Shown: positions 1 through 15,000 of the stretch, in pieces
Layout of the letters: every line of letters begins with the position of its first letter
How positions within the stretch are numbered: the stretch's first letter is position 1
Assembly: GCA_964016885.1 (NCBI GenBank)
Contig: OZ024741.1
Span: forward strand, 272,986,001 to 273,050,000
Source of the DNA: Eledone cirrhosa
Lineage: Eukaryota
Direction: 5' to 3'
Length of the DNA: 64,000 bases
The notes under the pieces: generated by a model
Databases searched by the model: none
What the model was told of the DNA's origin: nothing
The model's input: the letters and a program-made list of their open reading frames with translations, nothing else
Made by a program: the position numbers and the translations under genes

Positions 1-3000
1 ACTGAGGTAGAGTGGAGTGTCTTGTCTAAGATATAGATCTGAGGTAGAGTGGTATGTCTTGTCTAAGATAGAGATCTGAGGTTGACTGAGGTAGAGTGGA
101 GTGTCTTGTCTAAGATATAGATCTGAGGTAGAGTGTAGTGTCTTGTCTAAGATATAGATCTCAGGTAGAGTGGTATGTCTTGTCTAAGATATAGATCTGA
201 GGTAGAGTGGTATGTCTTGTCTGAGATATAGATCTGAGGTTGACTGAGGTAGAGTGGAGTGTCTTGTCTAAGATATAGATCTAAGATAGAGTAGAGTGTC
301 TTGTCTAAGATATAGATTTGATGTAGAGTGGTATGTCTTGTCTAAGATATAGATCTGAGGTTGACTGTGGTAGAGTTATATGTCTTGTCTAAGATATAGA
401 TCTGAGGTTGACTGAGGTAGAGTGGAGTGTCTTGTCTAAGATATACATCTAAGATAGAGTAGAGTGTCTTGTCTAAGATATAGATTTGATGTAGAGTGGT
501 ATGTCTTGTCTAAGATATAGATCTGAGGTAGAGTGGTATGTCTTGTCTAAGATATAGATCTGAGGTTGACTGAGGTAGAGTGGAGTGTCTTGTCTAAGAT
601 ATAGATCTGAGGTAGACTGAGGTAGAGTGGAGTGTCTTGTCTAAGATATAGATCTGAGGTAGAGTGGAGTGTCTTGTCTAAGATATAGATCTGATGTAGA
701 GTGGTATGTCATGTCTAAGATATAGATCTGAGGTTGACTGAGGTAGAGTGGAGTGTCTTGTCTAAGATATAAATCTGAGGTAGAGTAGAGTGTCTTGTCT
801 AAGATATAGATCTGAGGTAGAGTGGTATTTGTTTTTTAAGATATAGATCTGAGGTTGACTGAGGTAGAGTGGAGTGTCTTGTCTAAGATATAGATCTGAG
901 GTAGAGTGGAGTGTCTTGTCTAAGATATAGATCTGAGGTAGAGTGGTATGTCTTGTCTAAGATATAGATCTGAGGTAGAGTGGAGTGTCTTGTCTAAGAT
1001 ATAGATCTGAGGTAGAGTAGAGTGTCTTGTCTAAGATATAGATCTGAGATAGAGTGGTATGTCTTGTCTAAGATATAGATCTGAGGTAGAGTGGAGTGTC
1101 TTGTCTAAGATATAGATCTGAGGTAGAGTGGTATGTCTTGTCTAAGATATAGATCTGAGGTTGACTGAGGTAGAGTGGAGTGTCTTGTCTAAGATATAGA
1201 TCTGAAGTTGACTGAGGTAGAGTAGAGTGTCTTGTCTGAGATATAGATCTGAGGTTGACTGAGGTAGAGTGGTATGTCTTGTCTAAGATATAGATCTGAG
1301 GTTGACTGAGGTAGAGTGGAGTGTCTTGTCTAAGATATAGATCTGAGGTAGAGTGGTATGTCTTGTCTAAGATAGAGATCTGAGGTTGACTGAGGTAGAG
1401 TGGAGTGTCTTGTCTAAGATATAGATCTGAGGTAGAGTGTAGTGTCTTGTCTAAGATATAGATCTCAGGTAGAGTGGTATGTCTTGTCTAAGATATAGAT
1501 CTGAGGTAGAGTGGTATGTCTTGTCTGAGATATAGATCTGAGGTTGACTGAGGTAGAGTGGAGTGTCTTGTCTAAGATATAGATCTGAGGTTGACTGAGG
1601 TAGAGTGGAGTGTCTTGTCTAAGATATAGATTTGAGGTTGACAGAGGTAGAGTGGAGTGTCTTGTCTAAGATATAGATCTGAGGTTGACTGAGGTAGAGT
1701 GGAGTGTCTTGTCTAAGATATAGATCTGAGGTAGAGTGGAGTGTCTTGATTAAGATATAGATCTGAGGTTGACTGAGGTAGAGTGGAGTGTCTTGTCTAA
1801 GATATAGATCTGAGGTTGACTGAGGTAGAGTGGAGTGTCTTGTCTAAGATATAGATCTGAGGTAGAGTGGTATGTCTTGTCTAAGATATAGATCTGAGGT
1901 AGAGTTGTATGTCTCGTCTAAGATATAGATCTGAGGTTGACTGAGGTAGAGTGGAGTGTCTTGTCTAAGATATATATCTGAGGTTGACTGAGGTAGAGTA
2001 GAGTGTCTTGTCTAAGATATAGATCTGAGGTAGAGTGGAGTGTCTTGATTAAGATATAGATCTGAGGTTGACTGAGGTAGAGTGGAGTGTCTTGTCTAAG
2101 ATATAGATCTGAGGTTGACTGAGGTAGAGTGGAGTGTCTTGTCTAAGATATAGATCTGAGGTAGAGTGGTATGTCTTGTCTAAGATATAGATCTGAGGTA
2201 GAGTTGTATGTCTCGTCTAAGATAGAGATCTGAGGTTGACTGAGGTAGAGTGGAGTGTCTTGTCTAAGATATAGATCTGAGGTTGACTGAGGTAGAGTGG
2301 TATGTCTTGTCTAAGATATAGATCTGAGGTAGAGTTGTATGTCTTGTCTAAGATATAGATCTGAGGTAGAGTTGTATGTCTTGTCTAAGATATAGATCTG
2401 AGGTTGACTGAGGTAGAGTGGAGTGTCTTGTCTAAGATATAGATCTGAGGTAGAGTTGTATGTCTTGTCTAAGATATAGATCTGAGGTTGACTGAGGTAG
2501 AGTGGAGTGTCTTGTCTAAGATATAGATCTGAGGTAGAGTTGTATGTCTTGTCTAAGATATAGATCTGAGGTTGACTGAGGTAGAGTGGAGTGTCTTGTC
2601 TAAGATATAGATCTGAGGTAGAGTGGTATGTCTTGTCTAAGATATAGATCTGAGGTAGAGTGGTATGTCTTGTCTAAGATAGAGATCTGAGGTTGACTGA
2701 GGTAGAGTGGAGTGTCTTGTCTAAGATATAGATCTGAGGTTGACTGAGGTATAGTGGAGTGTCTTGTCTAAGATATAGATCTGAGGTTGACTGAGGTAGA
2801 GTGGTATGTCTTGTTTAAGATATAGATATGAGGTTGACTGAGGTAGAGTGGTATGTCTTGTCTAAGATATACATCTAAGATAGAGTAGAGTGTCTTGTCT
2901 AAGATATAGATCTGAGGTAGAGTTGTATGTCTTGTCTAAGATATAGATCTGAGGTAGAGTGGTATGTCTTGTCTGAGATATAGATCTGAGGTTGACTGAG

Positions 3001-6000
3001 GTAGAGTGGAGTGTCTTGTCTAAGATATAGATCTGAGGTAGAGTTGTATGTCTTGTCTAAGATATAGATCTGATGTTGACTGAGGTAGAGTGGAGTGTCT
3101 TGTCTAAGATATAGATCTGAGGTAGAGTAGAGTGTCTTGTCTAAGATATAGATCTGAGGTAGAGTAGTATGTCTTGTCTAAGATATAGATCTGATGTTGA
3201 CTGAGGTAGAGTGGAGTGTCTTGTCTAAGATATAGATCTGAGGTAGAGTAGAGTGTCTTGTCTAAGATATAGATCTGAGGTAGAGTAGAGTGTCTTGTCT
3301 AAGATATAGATCTGAGGTAGAGTGGTATGTCTTGTCTGAGATATAGATCTGAGGTTGACTGAGGTAGAGTGGAGTGTCTTGTCTAAGATATAGATCTGAG
3401 GTTGACTGAGGTAGAGTGGAGTGTCTTGTCTAAGATATAGATCTGAGGTTGACAGAGGTAGAGTGGTATGTCTTGTCTAAGATATAGATCTGAGGTAGAG
3501 TGGAGTGTCTTGATTAAGATATAGATCTGAGGTTGACTGAGGTAGAGTGGAGTGTCTTGTCTAAGATATGGATCTGAGGTTGACTGAGGTATAGTGGAGT
3601 GTCTTGTCTAAGATATAGATCTGAGGTTGACTGAGGTAGAGTGGTATGTCTTGTCTAAGATATTGATCTGAGGTTGACTGAGGTAGAGTGGAGTGTCTTG
3701 TCTAAGATATAGATCTGATGTTGACTGAGGTAGAGTGGTATGTCTTGTCTAAGATATAGATATGAGGTAGAGTAGAGTGTCTTGTCTAAGATATAGATCT
3801 GAGGTAGAGTGGTATGTGTTGTCTAAGATATAGATCTGAGGTTGACTGAGGTAGAGTGGAGTGTCTTGTCTAAGATATAGATATGAGGTAGAGTAGAGTG
3901 TCTTGTCTAAGATATAGATCTGAGGTAGAGTGGTATGTGTTGTCTAAGATATAGATCTGAGGTTGACTGAGGTAGAGTGGAGTGTCTTGTCTAAGATAGA
4001 GATATGAGGTAGAGTAGAGTGTCTTGTCTAAGATATAGATCTGAGGTAGAGTGGTATGTGTTGTCTAAGATATAGATCTGAGGTTGACTGAGGTAGAGTG
4101 GTATGTCTTGTCTAAGATATAGATCTGAGGTTGACTGAGGTAGAGTTGTATGTCTTGTCTAAGATATAGATCTGAGGTTGACTGAGGTAGAGTGGTATGT
4201 CTTGTCTAAGATATAGATCTGAGGTTGACTGAGGTAGAGTGGAGTGTCTTGTCTAAGATATAGTTCTGAGGTTGACTGAGGTAGAGTGGTATGTCTTGTT
4301 TAAGATATAGATCTGAGGTTGACTGAGGTAGAGTTGTATGTCTTGTCTAAGATATAGATCTGAGGTAGAGTGTTATGTCTTGTCTAAGATATAGATCTGA
4401 GGTTGACTGAGGTAGAGTGGAGTGTCTTGTCTAAGATATAGATCTGAGGTAGAGTTGTATGTCTTGTCTAAGATATAGATCTGAGGTAGAGTGGTATGTC
4501 TTGTCTAAGATATAGATCTGAGGTTGACTGAGGTAGAGTGGAGTGTCTTGTCTAAGATATAGATCTGAGGTTGAGTGGAGTGTCTTGTCTAAGATATAGA
4601 TCTGAGGTTGACTGAGGTAGAGTGGTATGTCTTGTCTAAGATATAGATCTGAGGTAGAGTAGAGTGTCTTGTCTAAGATATAGATCTGAGGTTGACTGAG
4701 GTAGAGTGGTATGTCTTGTCTACGATATAGATATGAGGTTGACTGAGGTAGAGTGGAGTGTCTTGTCTGAGATATAGATCTGAGGTTGACTGAGGTAGAG
4801 TGAAGTGTCTTGTCTAAGATATAGATCTGAGGTTGACTGAGGTAGAGTGGAGTGTCTTGTCTAAGATATAGATCTGAGGTAGAGTGGAGTGTCTTGTCTA
4901 AGATATAGATCTGAGGTAGAGTGGTATGTCTTGTCTAAGATATAGATCTGAGGTTGACTGAGGTAGAGTGGTATGTCTTGTCTAAGATATAGATCTCAGG
5001 TAGAGTAGAGTGTCTTGTTTAAGATATAGATCTGAGGTTGACTGAGGTAGAGTGGTATGTCTTGTCTAAGATATAGATATGAGGTTGACTGAGGTAGAGT
5101 GGAGTGTCTTGTCTAAGATATAGATCTGAGGTAGAGTAGAGTGTCTTGTCTAAGATATAGATCTGAGGTTGACTGAGTTAGAGTGGAGTGTCTTGTCTAA
5201 GATATAGATCTGAGGTTGACTGAGTTAGAGTGGAGTGTCTTGTCTAAGATATAGATCTGAGGTAGAGTGGTATGTCTTGTCTAAGATATAGATCTGAGGT
5301 TGACTGAGGTAGAGTGGAATGTCTTGTCTAAGATATAGATCTGAGGTAGAGTGGAGTGTCTTGTCTAAGACATAGATCTGAGGTTGACTGAGGTAGAGTT
5401 GTATGTCCTGTCTAAGATATAGATCTGAGGTTGACTGAGGTAGAGTGGTATGTCTTGTCTAAGATATAGATCTCAGGTAGAGTAGAGTGTCTTGTCTAAG
5501 ATATAGATCTGAGGTTGACTGAGGTAGAGTGGTATGTCTTGTCTAAGATATAGATCTGAGGTTGACTGAGGTAGAGTGGTATGTCTTGTCTAAGATATAG
5601 ATCTGAGGTAGAGTAGAGTGTCTTGTCTGAGATATAGATCTGAGGTTGACTGAGGTAGAGTTGTATGTCTTGTCTAAGATATAGATCTGAGGTTGACTGA
5701 GGTAGAGTGGTATGTCTTGTCTAAGATATAGATCTGAGGTAGAGTAGAGTGTCTTGTCTAAGATATAGATCTGAGCTAGAGTGGTTTGACTTGTCTGAGA
5801 TATAGATCTGAGGTTGACTGAGGTAGAGTGGAGTGTCTTGTCTAAGATATAGATCTGAGGTTGACTGAGGTAGAGTGGTATGTCTTGTTTAAGATATAGA
5901 TCTGAGGTTGACTGAGGTAGAGTGGAGTGTCTTGTCTAAGATATAGATCTGAGGTTGACTGAGGTAGAGTGGAGTGTCTTGTCTAAGATATAGATCTGAG

Positions 6001-9000
6001 GTTGACTGAGGTAGAGTGGTATGTCTTGTTTAAGATATAGATCTGAGGTTGACTGAGGTAGAGTGGAGTGTCTTGTCTAAGATATAGATCTGAGGTAGAG
6101 TAGAGTGTCTTGACTAATATATAGATCTGAGGTAGAGTGGTATGTCTTGTCTAAGATATAGATCTGAGGTTGACTGAGGTAGAGTGAAGTGTCTTGTCTA
6201 AGATATAGATCTGAGGTTGACTGAGGTAGAGTGGAGTGTCTTGTCTAAGATATAGATCTGAGGTTGACTGAGGTAGAGTGGCATGTCTTGTCTAAGATAT
6301 AGATCTGAGGTAGAGTAGAGTGTCTTGACTAAGATATAGATCTGAGGTAGAGTGGTATGTCTTGTCTGAGATATAGATCTGAGGTTGACTGAGATAGAGT
6401 GGTATGTCTTGTCTAAGATATAGATCTGAGGTAGAGTAGAGTGTCTTGTCTAAGATATAGATCTGAGGTAGAGTGTTATGTCTTGTCTGAGATATAGATC
6501 TGAGGTTGACTGAGGTAGAGTGGTATGTCTTGTCTGAGATTTAGATCTGAGGTTGACTGAGGTAGAGTGGTATGTCTTGTCTAAGATATAGATCTGAGGT
6601 AGACTGAGGTAGAGTGGTATGTCTTGTCTAAGATATAGATCTGAGGTAGAGTAGAGTGTCTTGTCTAAGATATAGATCTGAGGTAGAGTGGTATGTCTTG
6701 TCTGAGATATAGATCTGAGGTTGACTGAGGTAGAGTGGTATGTCTTGTCTAAGATATAGATCTGAGGTTGACTGAGGTAGAGTGGTATGTCTTGTCTAAG
6801 ATATAGATCTGAGGTTGACTGAGGTAGAGTGGTATGTCTTGTCTAAGATATAGATTTGATGTAGAGTGGTATGTCTTGTCTGAGATATAGATCTGAGGTT
6901 GACTGAGGTAGAGTAGAGTGTCTTGTCTAAGATATAGATCTGAGGTTGACTGAGGTAGAGTGGTATGTCTTGTCTAAGATATAGATCTGAGGTTGACTGA
7001 GGTAGAGTGGTATGTCTTGTCTAAGATATAGATATGAGGTAGAGTAGAGTGTCTTGTCTAAGATATAGATCTGAGGTAGAGTGGTATGTCTTGTCTAAGA
7101 TATAGATCTGAGGTTGAGTGGTATGTCTTGTCTAAGATATAGATCTGAGGTTGACTGAGGTAGAGTGGAGTGTCTTGTCTAAGATATAGATCTGAGGTTG
7201 ACTGAGGTAGAGTGGTATGTCTTGTTTAAGATATAGATCTGAGGTTGACTGAGGTAGAGTGGTATGTCTTGTCTAAGATATAGATCTGAGGTTGACTGAG
7301 GTAGAGTGAAGTGTCTTGTCTAAGATATAGATCTGAGGTTAACTGAGGTAGAGTGAAGTGTCTTGTCTAAGATATAGATCTGAGGTTGACTAAGTTAGAG
7401 TGGAGTGTCTTGTCTAAGATATAGATCTGAGGTTGACTGAGGTAGAGTGGAGTGTCTTGTCTAAGATATAGATCTGAGGTAGAGTGGAGTGTCTTGTCTA
7501 AGATATAGATCTGAGCTTGACTGACGTAGAGTGGTATGTCTTGTCTAAGATATAGATCTCAGGTAGAGTAGAGTGTCTTGTCTAAGATATAGATCTCAGG
7601 TAGAGTAGAGTGTCTTGTCTAAGATATAGATCTCAGGTAGAGTAGAGTGTCTTGTCTAAGATATAGATCTGAGGTTGACTGAGGTAGAGTTGTATGTCTT
7701 GTCTAAGATATAGATCTGAGTTTGACTGAGGTAGAGTGGTATGTCTTGTCTAAGATATAGATCTGAGGTTGACTGAGGTAGAGTTGTATGTCTTGTCTAA
7801 GATATAGATCTGAGGTTGACTGAGGTAGAGTGGTATGTCTTGTCTAAGATATAGATCTGAGGTTGACTGAGGTAGAGTTGTATGTCTTGTCTAAGATATA
7901 GATCTGAGGTTGACTGAGGTAGAGTGGTATGTCTTGTCTAAGATATAGATCTGAGGTTGACTGAGGTAGAGTTGTATGTCTTGTCTAAGATATAGATCTG
8001 AGGTTGACTGAGGTAGAGTGGTATGTCTTGTCTAAGATATAGATCTTAGGTTGACTGAGGTAGAGTGGAGTGTCTTGTCTAAGATATAGATCTGAGGTAG
8101 AGTGGAGTGTCTTGTCTAAGATATAGATCTGAGGTAGAGTGGTATGTCTTGTCTAAGATATAGATCTGAGGTAGAGTGGAGTGTCTTGTCTAAGATATAG
8201 ATCTGAGGTTGACTGAGGTAGAGTGGAGTGTCTTGTCTAAGATATAGATCTGAGGTTGACTGTGGTAGAGTTGTATGTCTTGTCTAAGATATAGATCTGA
8301 GGTTGACTGAGGTAGAGTGGAGTGTCTTGTCTAAGATATAGATCTGAGGTAGAGTGGAGTGTCTTGTCGAAGATATAGATCTGAGGTAGAGTGGTATGTC
8401 TTGTCTGAGATATAGATCTGAGGTTGAATGAGGTAGAGTGGTATGTCTTGTCTAAGATATAGATCTGAGGTTGACTGAGGTAGAGTGGTATGTCTTGTGT
8501 AAGATATAGATCTGAGGTTGACTGAGGTAGAGTGGTATGTCTTGTCTAAGATATAGATCTGAGGTAGAGTGGTATGTCTTGTCTAAGATATAGATCTGAG
8601 GTTGACTGAGGTAGAGTGGTATGTCTTGTCTAAGATATAGATCTGAGGTAGAGTGGTATGTCTTGTCTGAGATATAGATCTGAGGTTGACTGAGGTAGAG
8701 TGGTATGTCTTGTCTAAGATATAGATCTGAGGTTGACTGAGGTAGAGTGGTATGTCTTGTCTAAGATATAGATCTGAGGTTTAGTGGTATGTCTTGTCTA
8801 AGATATAGATCTGAGGTAGAGTAGAGTGTCTTGTCTTAGATATAGATCTGAGGTTGACTGAGGTAGAGTTGTATGTGTTGTCTAAGATATAGATCTGGAG
8901 GTTGACTGAGGTAGAGTGGTATGTCTTGTCTAAGATATAGATCTGAGGTTGACTGAGGTAGAGTAGAGTGTCTTGTCTAAGATATAGATCTGAGGTAGAG

Positions 9001-12000
9001 TAGAGTGTCTTGTCTAAGATATAGATCTGAGGTAGAGTGGTATGTCTTGTCTAAGATATAGATCTGAGATTGACTGAGGTAGAGTGGTATGTCTTGTCTA
9101 AGATATAGATCTGAGGTTGACTGAGGTAGAGTGGTATGTCTTGTTTAAGATATAGATCTGAGGTTGACTGAGGTAGAGTGGTATGTCTTGTCTAAGATAT
9201 AGATCTGAGGTTGACTGAGGTAGAGTAGAGTGTCTTGTCTAAGATATAGATCTGAGGTAGAGTAGAGTGTCTTGTCTAAGATATAGATCTGAGGTAGAGT
9301 GGTATGTCTTGTCTAAGATATAGATCTGAGATTGACTGAGGTAGAGTGGTATGTCTTGTCTAAGATATAGATCTGAGGTTGACTGAGGTAGAGTGGTATG
9401 TCTTGTTTAAGATATAGATCTGAGGTTGACTGAGGTAGAGTGGTATGTCTTGTCTAAGATATAGATATGAGGTTGACTGAGGTAGAGTGGAGTGTCTTGT
9501 CTAAGATATAGATCTGAGGTAGAGTGAGGTAGAGTGGTATGTCTTGTCTAAGATATAGATCTGAGGTAGAGTAGAGTGTCTTGTCTAAGATATAGATCTG
9601 AGGTAGAGTGGAGTGTCTTGTCTAAGATATAGATCTGAGGTAGAGTGGTATGTCTTGTCTAAGATATAGATCTGAGGTTGACTGAGGTAGAGTGGAGTGT
9701 CTTGTCTAAGATATAGATCTGAGGTAGAGTAGAGTGTCTTATCTAAGATATAGATCTGAGATAGAGTGGTATGTCTTGTCTGAGATATAGATCTGAGGTT
9801 GACTGAGGTAGAGTGGTATGTCTTGTCTAAGATATAGATCTGAGGTAGAGTTGTATGTCTTGTCTAAGATATAGATCTGAGGTTGACTGAGGTAGAGTGG
9901 TATGTCTTGTCTAAGATATAGATCTGAGGTTGACTGAGGTAGAGTGGTATGTCTTGTCTAAGATATAGATCTGAGGTAGACTGAGGTAGAGTTGTATGTC
10001 TTGTCTAAGATATAGATCTGAGGTTGACTGAGGTAGAGTTGTATGTCTTGTCTAAGATATAGATCTGAGGTAGACTGAGGTAGAGTGGTATGTCTTGTCT
10101 AAGATATAGATCTGAGGTAGAGTAGAGTGTCTTGTCTAAGATATAGATCTGAGGTAGAGTGGAGTGTCTTGTTTAAGATATAGATCTGAGGTTGACTGAG
10201 GTAGAGTGGTATGTCTTGCCTAAGATATAGATATGAGGTTGACTGAGGTAGAGTGGAGTGTCTTGTCTAAGATATAGATCTGAGGTAGAGTAGAGTGTCT
10301 TGTCTAAGATATAGATCTGAGGTTGACTGAGTTAGAGTGGAGTGTCTTGTCTAAGATATAGATCTGAGGTAGAGTGGTATGTCTTGTCTAAGATATAGAT
10401 CTGAGGTAGAGTAGAGTGTCTTGTCTAATATATAGATCTGAGGTAGAGTGGTATGTCTTGTCTAAGATATAGATCTGAGGTAGAGTAGAGTGTCTTGTCT
10501 AATATATAGATCTGAGGTAGAGTGGTATGTCTTGTCTAAGATATAGATCTGAGGTTGACTGAGGTAGAGTGGAATGTCTTGTCTAAGATATAGATCTGAG
10601 GTAGAGTGGAGTGTCTTGTCTAAGACATAGATCTGAGGTTGACTGAGGTAGAGTTGTATGTCCTGTCTAAGATATAGATCTGAGGTTGACTGAGGTAGAG
10701 TGGTATGTCTTGTCTAAGATATAGATCTCAGGTAGAGTAGAGTGTCTTGTCTAAGATATAGATCTGAGGTTGACTGAGGTAGAGTGGTATGTCTTGTCTA
10801 AGATATAGATCTGAGGTTGACTGAGGTAGAGTGGTATGTCTTGTCTAAGATATAGATCTGAGGTAGAGTAGAGTGTCTTGTCTGAGATATAGATCTGAGG
10901 TTGACTGAGGTAGAGTTGTATGTCTTGTCTAAGATATAGATCTGAGGTTGACTGAGGTAGAGTGGTATGTCTTGTCTAAGATATAGATCTGAGGTAGAGT
11001 AGAGTGTCTTGTCTAAGATATAGATCTGAGCTAGAGTGGTTTGACTTGTCTGAGATATAGATCTGAGGTTGACTGAGGTAGAGTGGTATGTCTTGTCTAA
11101 GATAAAGATCTGAGGTTGACTGAGGTAGAGTGGTGTGTCTTGTCTAAGATATAGATCTGAGGTAGAGTAGAGTGTCTTGACTAATATATAGATCTGAGGT
11201 AGAGTGGTATGTCTTGTCTAAGATATAGATCTGAGGTTGACTGAGGTAGAGTGAAGTGTCTTGTCTAAGATATAGATCTGAGGTTGACTGAGGTAGAGTG
11301 GAGTGTCTTGTCTAAGATATAGATCTGAGGTTGACTGAGGTAGAGTGGCATGTCTTGTCTAAGATATAGATCTGAGGTAGAGTAGAGTGTCTTGACTAAG
11401 ATATAGATCTGAGGTAGAGTGGTATGTCTTGTCTAAGATATAGATCTGAGGTTGACTGAGATAGAGTGGTATGTCTTGTCTAAGATATAGATCTGAGGTA
11501 GAGTAGAGTGTCTTGTCTAAGATATAGATCTGAGGTAGAGTGGTATGTCTTGTCTAAGATATAGATCTGAGGTTGACTGAGATAGAGTGGTATGTCTTGT
11601 CTAAGATATAGATCTGAGGTAGAGTGGAGTGTCTTGTCTAAGATATAGATCTGAGGTAGAGTGGTATGTCTTGTCTGAGATATAGATCTGAGGTTGACTG
11701 AGGTAGAGTGGTATGTCTTGTCTAAGATATAGATCTGAGGTAGAGTGGTATGTCTTGTCTGAGATATAGATCTGAGGTTGACTGAGGTAGAGTGGTATGT
11801 CTTGTCTAAGATATAGATCTGAGGTAGACTGAGGTAGAGTGGTATGTCTTGTCTAAGATATAGATCTGAGGTAGAGTAGAGTGTCTTGTCTAAGATATAG
11901 ATCTGAGGTAGAGTGGTATGTCTTGTCTGAGATATAGATCTGAGGTTGACTGAGGTAGAGTGGTATGTCTTGTCTAAGATATAGATCTGAGGTTGACTGA

Positions 12001-15000
12001 GGTAGAGTGGTATGTCTTGTCTAAGATATAGATCTGAGGTTGACTGAGGTAGAGTGGTATGTCTTGTCTAAGATATAGATTTGATGTAGAGTGGTATGTC
12101 TTGTCTGAGATATAGATCTGAGGTTGACTGAGGTAGAGTGGTATGTCTTGTCTAAGATATAGATCTGAGGTAGACTGAGCTAGAGTGGTATGTCTTGTCT
12201 AAGATATAGATCTGAGGTTGACTGAGGTAGAGTGGTATGTCTTGTCTAAGATATAGATATGAGGTAGAGTAGAGTGTCTTGTCTAAGATATAGATCTGAG
12301 GTAGAGTGGTATGTCTTGTCTAAGATATAGATCTGAGGTTGAGTGGTATGTCTTGTTTAAGATATAGATCTGAGGTTGACTGAGGTAGAGTGGTATGTCT
12401 TGTCTAAGATATAGATCTGAGGTTGACTGAGGTAGAGTGAAGTGTCTTGTCTAAGATATAGATCTGAGGTTAACTGAGGTAGAGTGAAGTGTCTTGTCTA
12501 AGATATAGATCTGAGGTTGACTGAGTTAGAGTGGAGTGTCTTGTCTAAGATATAGATCTGAGGTTGACTGAGGTAGAGTGGAGTGTCTTGTCTAAGATAT
12601 AGATCTGAGGTAGAGTGGAGTGTCTTGTCTAAGATATAGATCTGAGGTTGACTGACGTAGAGTGGTATGTCTTGTCTAAGATATAGATCTCAGGTAGAGT
12701 AGAGTGTCTTGTCTAAGATATAGATCTCAGGTAGAGTAGAGTGTCTTGTCTAAGATATAGATCTCAGGTAGAGTAGAGTGTCTTGTCTAAGATATAGATC
12801 TGAGGTTGACTGACGTAGAGTGGTATGTCTTGTCTAAGATATAGATCTGAGGTTGACGGAGGTAGAGTTGTATGTCTTGTCTAAGATATAGATCTGAGGT
12901 TGACTGAGGTAGAGTTGTATGTCTTGTCTAAGATATAGATCTGAGGTTGACTGAGGTAGAGTGGTATGTCTTGTCTAAGATATAGATCTGAGGTTGACTG
13001 AGGTAGAGTTGTATGTCTTGTCTAAGATATAGATCTGAGGTTGACTGAGGTAGAGTGGTATGTCTTGTCTAAGATATAGATCTTAGGTTGACTGAGGTAG
13101 AGTGGAGTGTCTTGTCTAAGATATAGATCTGAGGTAGAGTGGAGTGTCTTGTCTAAGATATAGATCTGAGGTAGAGTGGTATGTCTTGTCTAAGATATAG
13201 ATCTGAGGTAGAGTGGAGTGTCTTGTCTAAGATATAGATCTGAGGTTGACTGAGGTAGAGTGGAGTGTCTTGTCTAAGATATAGATCTGAGGTTGACTGT
13301 GGTAGAGTTGTATGTCTTGTCTAAGATATAGATCTGAGGTTGACTGAGGTAGAGTGGTATGTCTTGTCTAAGATATAGATCTGAGGTAGAGTGGTATGTC
13401 TTGTCTGAGATATAGATCTGAGGTTGACTGAGGTAGAGTGGTATGTCTTGTCTAAGATATAGATCTGAGGTTGACTGAGGTAGAGTGGTATGTCTTGTCT
13501 AAGATATAGATCTGAGGTAGAGTGGTATGTCTTGTCTGAGATATAGATCTGAGGTTGACTGAGGTAGAGTGGTATGTCTTGTCTAAGATATAGATCTGAG
13601 GTTGACTGAGGTAGAGTGGTATGTCTTGTCTAAGATATAGATCTGAGGTAGAGTAGAGTATCTTGTCTTAGATATAGATCTGAGGTTGACTGAGGTAGAG
13701 TTGTATGTGTTGTCTAAGATATGGATCTGAGGTTGACTGAGGTAGAATGGTATGTCTTGTCTAAGATATAGATCTGAGGTAGAGTAGAGTGTCTTGTCTT
13801 AGATATAGATCTGAGGTAGAGTGGTATGTCTTGTCTAAGATATAGATCTGAGGTAGAGTGGTATGTCTTGTCTAAGATATAGATCTGAGGTTGACTGAGG
13901 TAGAGTTGTATGTGTTGTCTAAGATATAGATCTGAGGTTGACTGAGGTAGAGTGGTATGACCTGTCTAAGATATAGATCTGAGGTTGACTGAGGTAGAGT
14001 AGAGTGTCTTGTCTAAGATATAGATCTGAGGTAGAGTGGTATGTCTTGTCTAAGATATAGATCTGAGGTTGAGTGGTATGTCTTGTCTAAGATATAGATC
14101 TGAGATTGACTGAGGTAGAGTGGTATGTCTTGTCTAAGATATAGATCTGAGGTTGACTGAGGTAGAGTGGTATGTCTTGTTTAAGATATAGATCTGAGGT
14201 TGACTGAGGTAGAGTGGTATGTCTTGTCTAAGATATAGATATGAGGTTGACTGAGGTAGAGTGGAGTGTCTTGTCTAAGATATAGATCTGAGGTAGAGTA
14301 GAGTGTCTTGTCTAATATATAGATCTGAGGTAGAGTGGTATGTCTTGTCTAAGATATAGATCTGAGTTTGACTGAGGTAGAGTGAAGTGTCTTGTCTAAG
14401 ATATAGATCTGAGGTTGACTGAGGTAGAGTTGTATGTCTTGTCTAAGATATAGATCTGAGGTTGACTGAGGTAGAGTGGTATGTCTTGTCTAAGATATAG
14501 ATCTCAGGTAGAGTAGAGTGTCTTGTCTAAGATATAGATCTGAGGTTGACTGACGTAGAGTGGTATGTCTTGTCTAAGATATAGATCTGAGGTTGACTGA
14601 GGTAGAGTTGTATGTCTTGTCTAAGATATAGATCTGAGGTTGACTGAGGTAGAGTGGAGTGTCTTGTCTAAGATATAGATCTGAGGTTGACTGAGGTAGA
14701 GTGGAGTGTCTTGTCTAAGATATAGATCTGAGGTTGACTGAGGTAGAGTGATATGTTATTTCTAAGATATAGATCTGAGGTTGACTGAGGTAGAGTGGTA
14801 TGTCTTGTCTAAGATATAGATCTGAGGTTGACTGAGGTAGAGTGGTATGTCTTGTCTAAGATATAGATCTGAGGTTGACTGAGGTAGAGTGGTATGTCTT
14901 GTCTAAGATATAGATCTGAGGTTGACTGAGGTAGAGTGGAGTGTCTTGTCTAAGATATAGATCTGAGGTAGAGTGGTATGTCTTGTCTAAGATATAGATC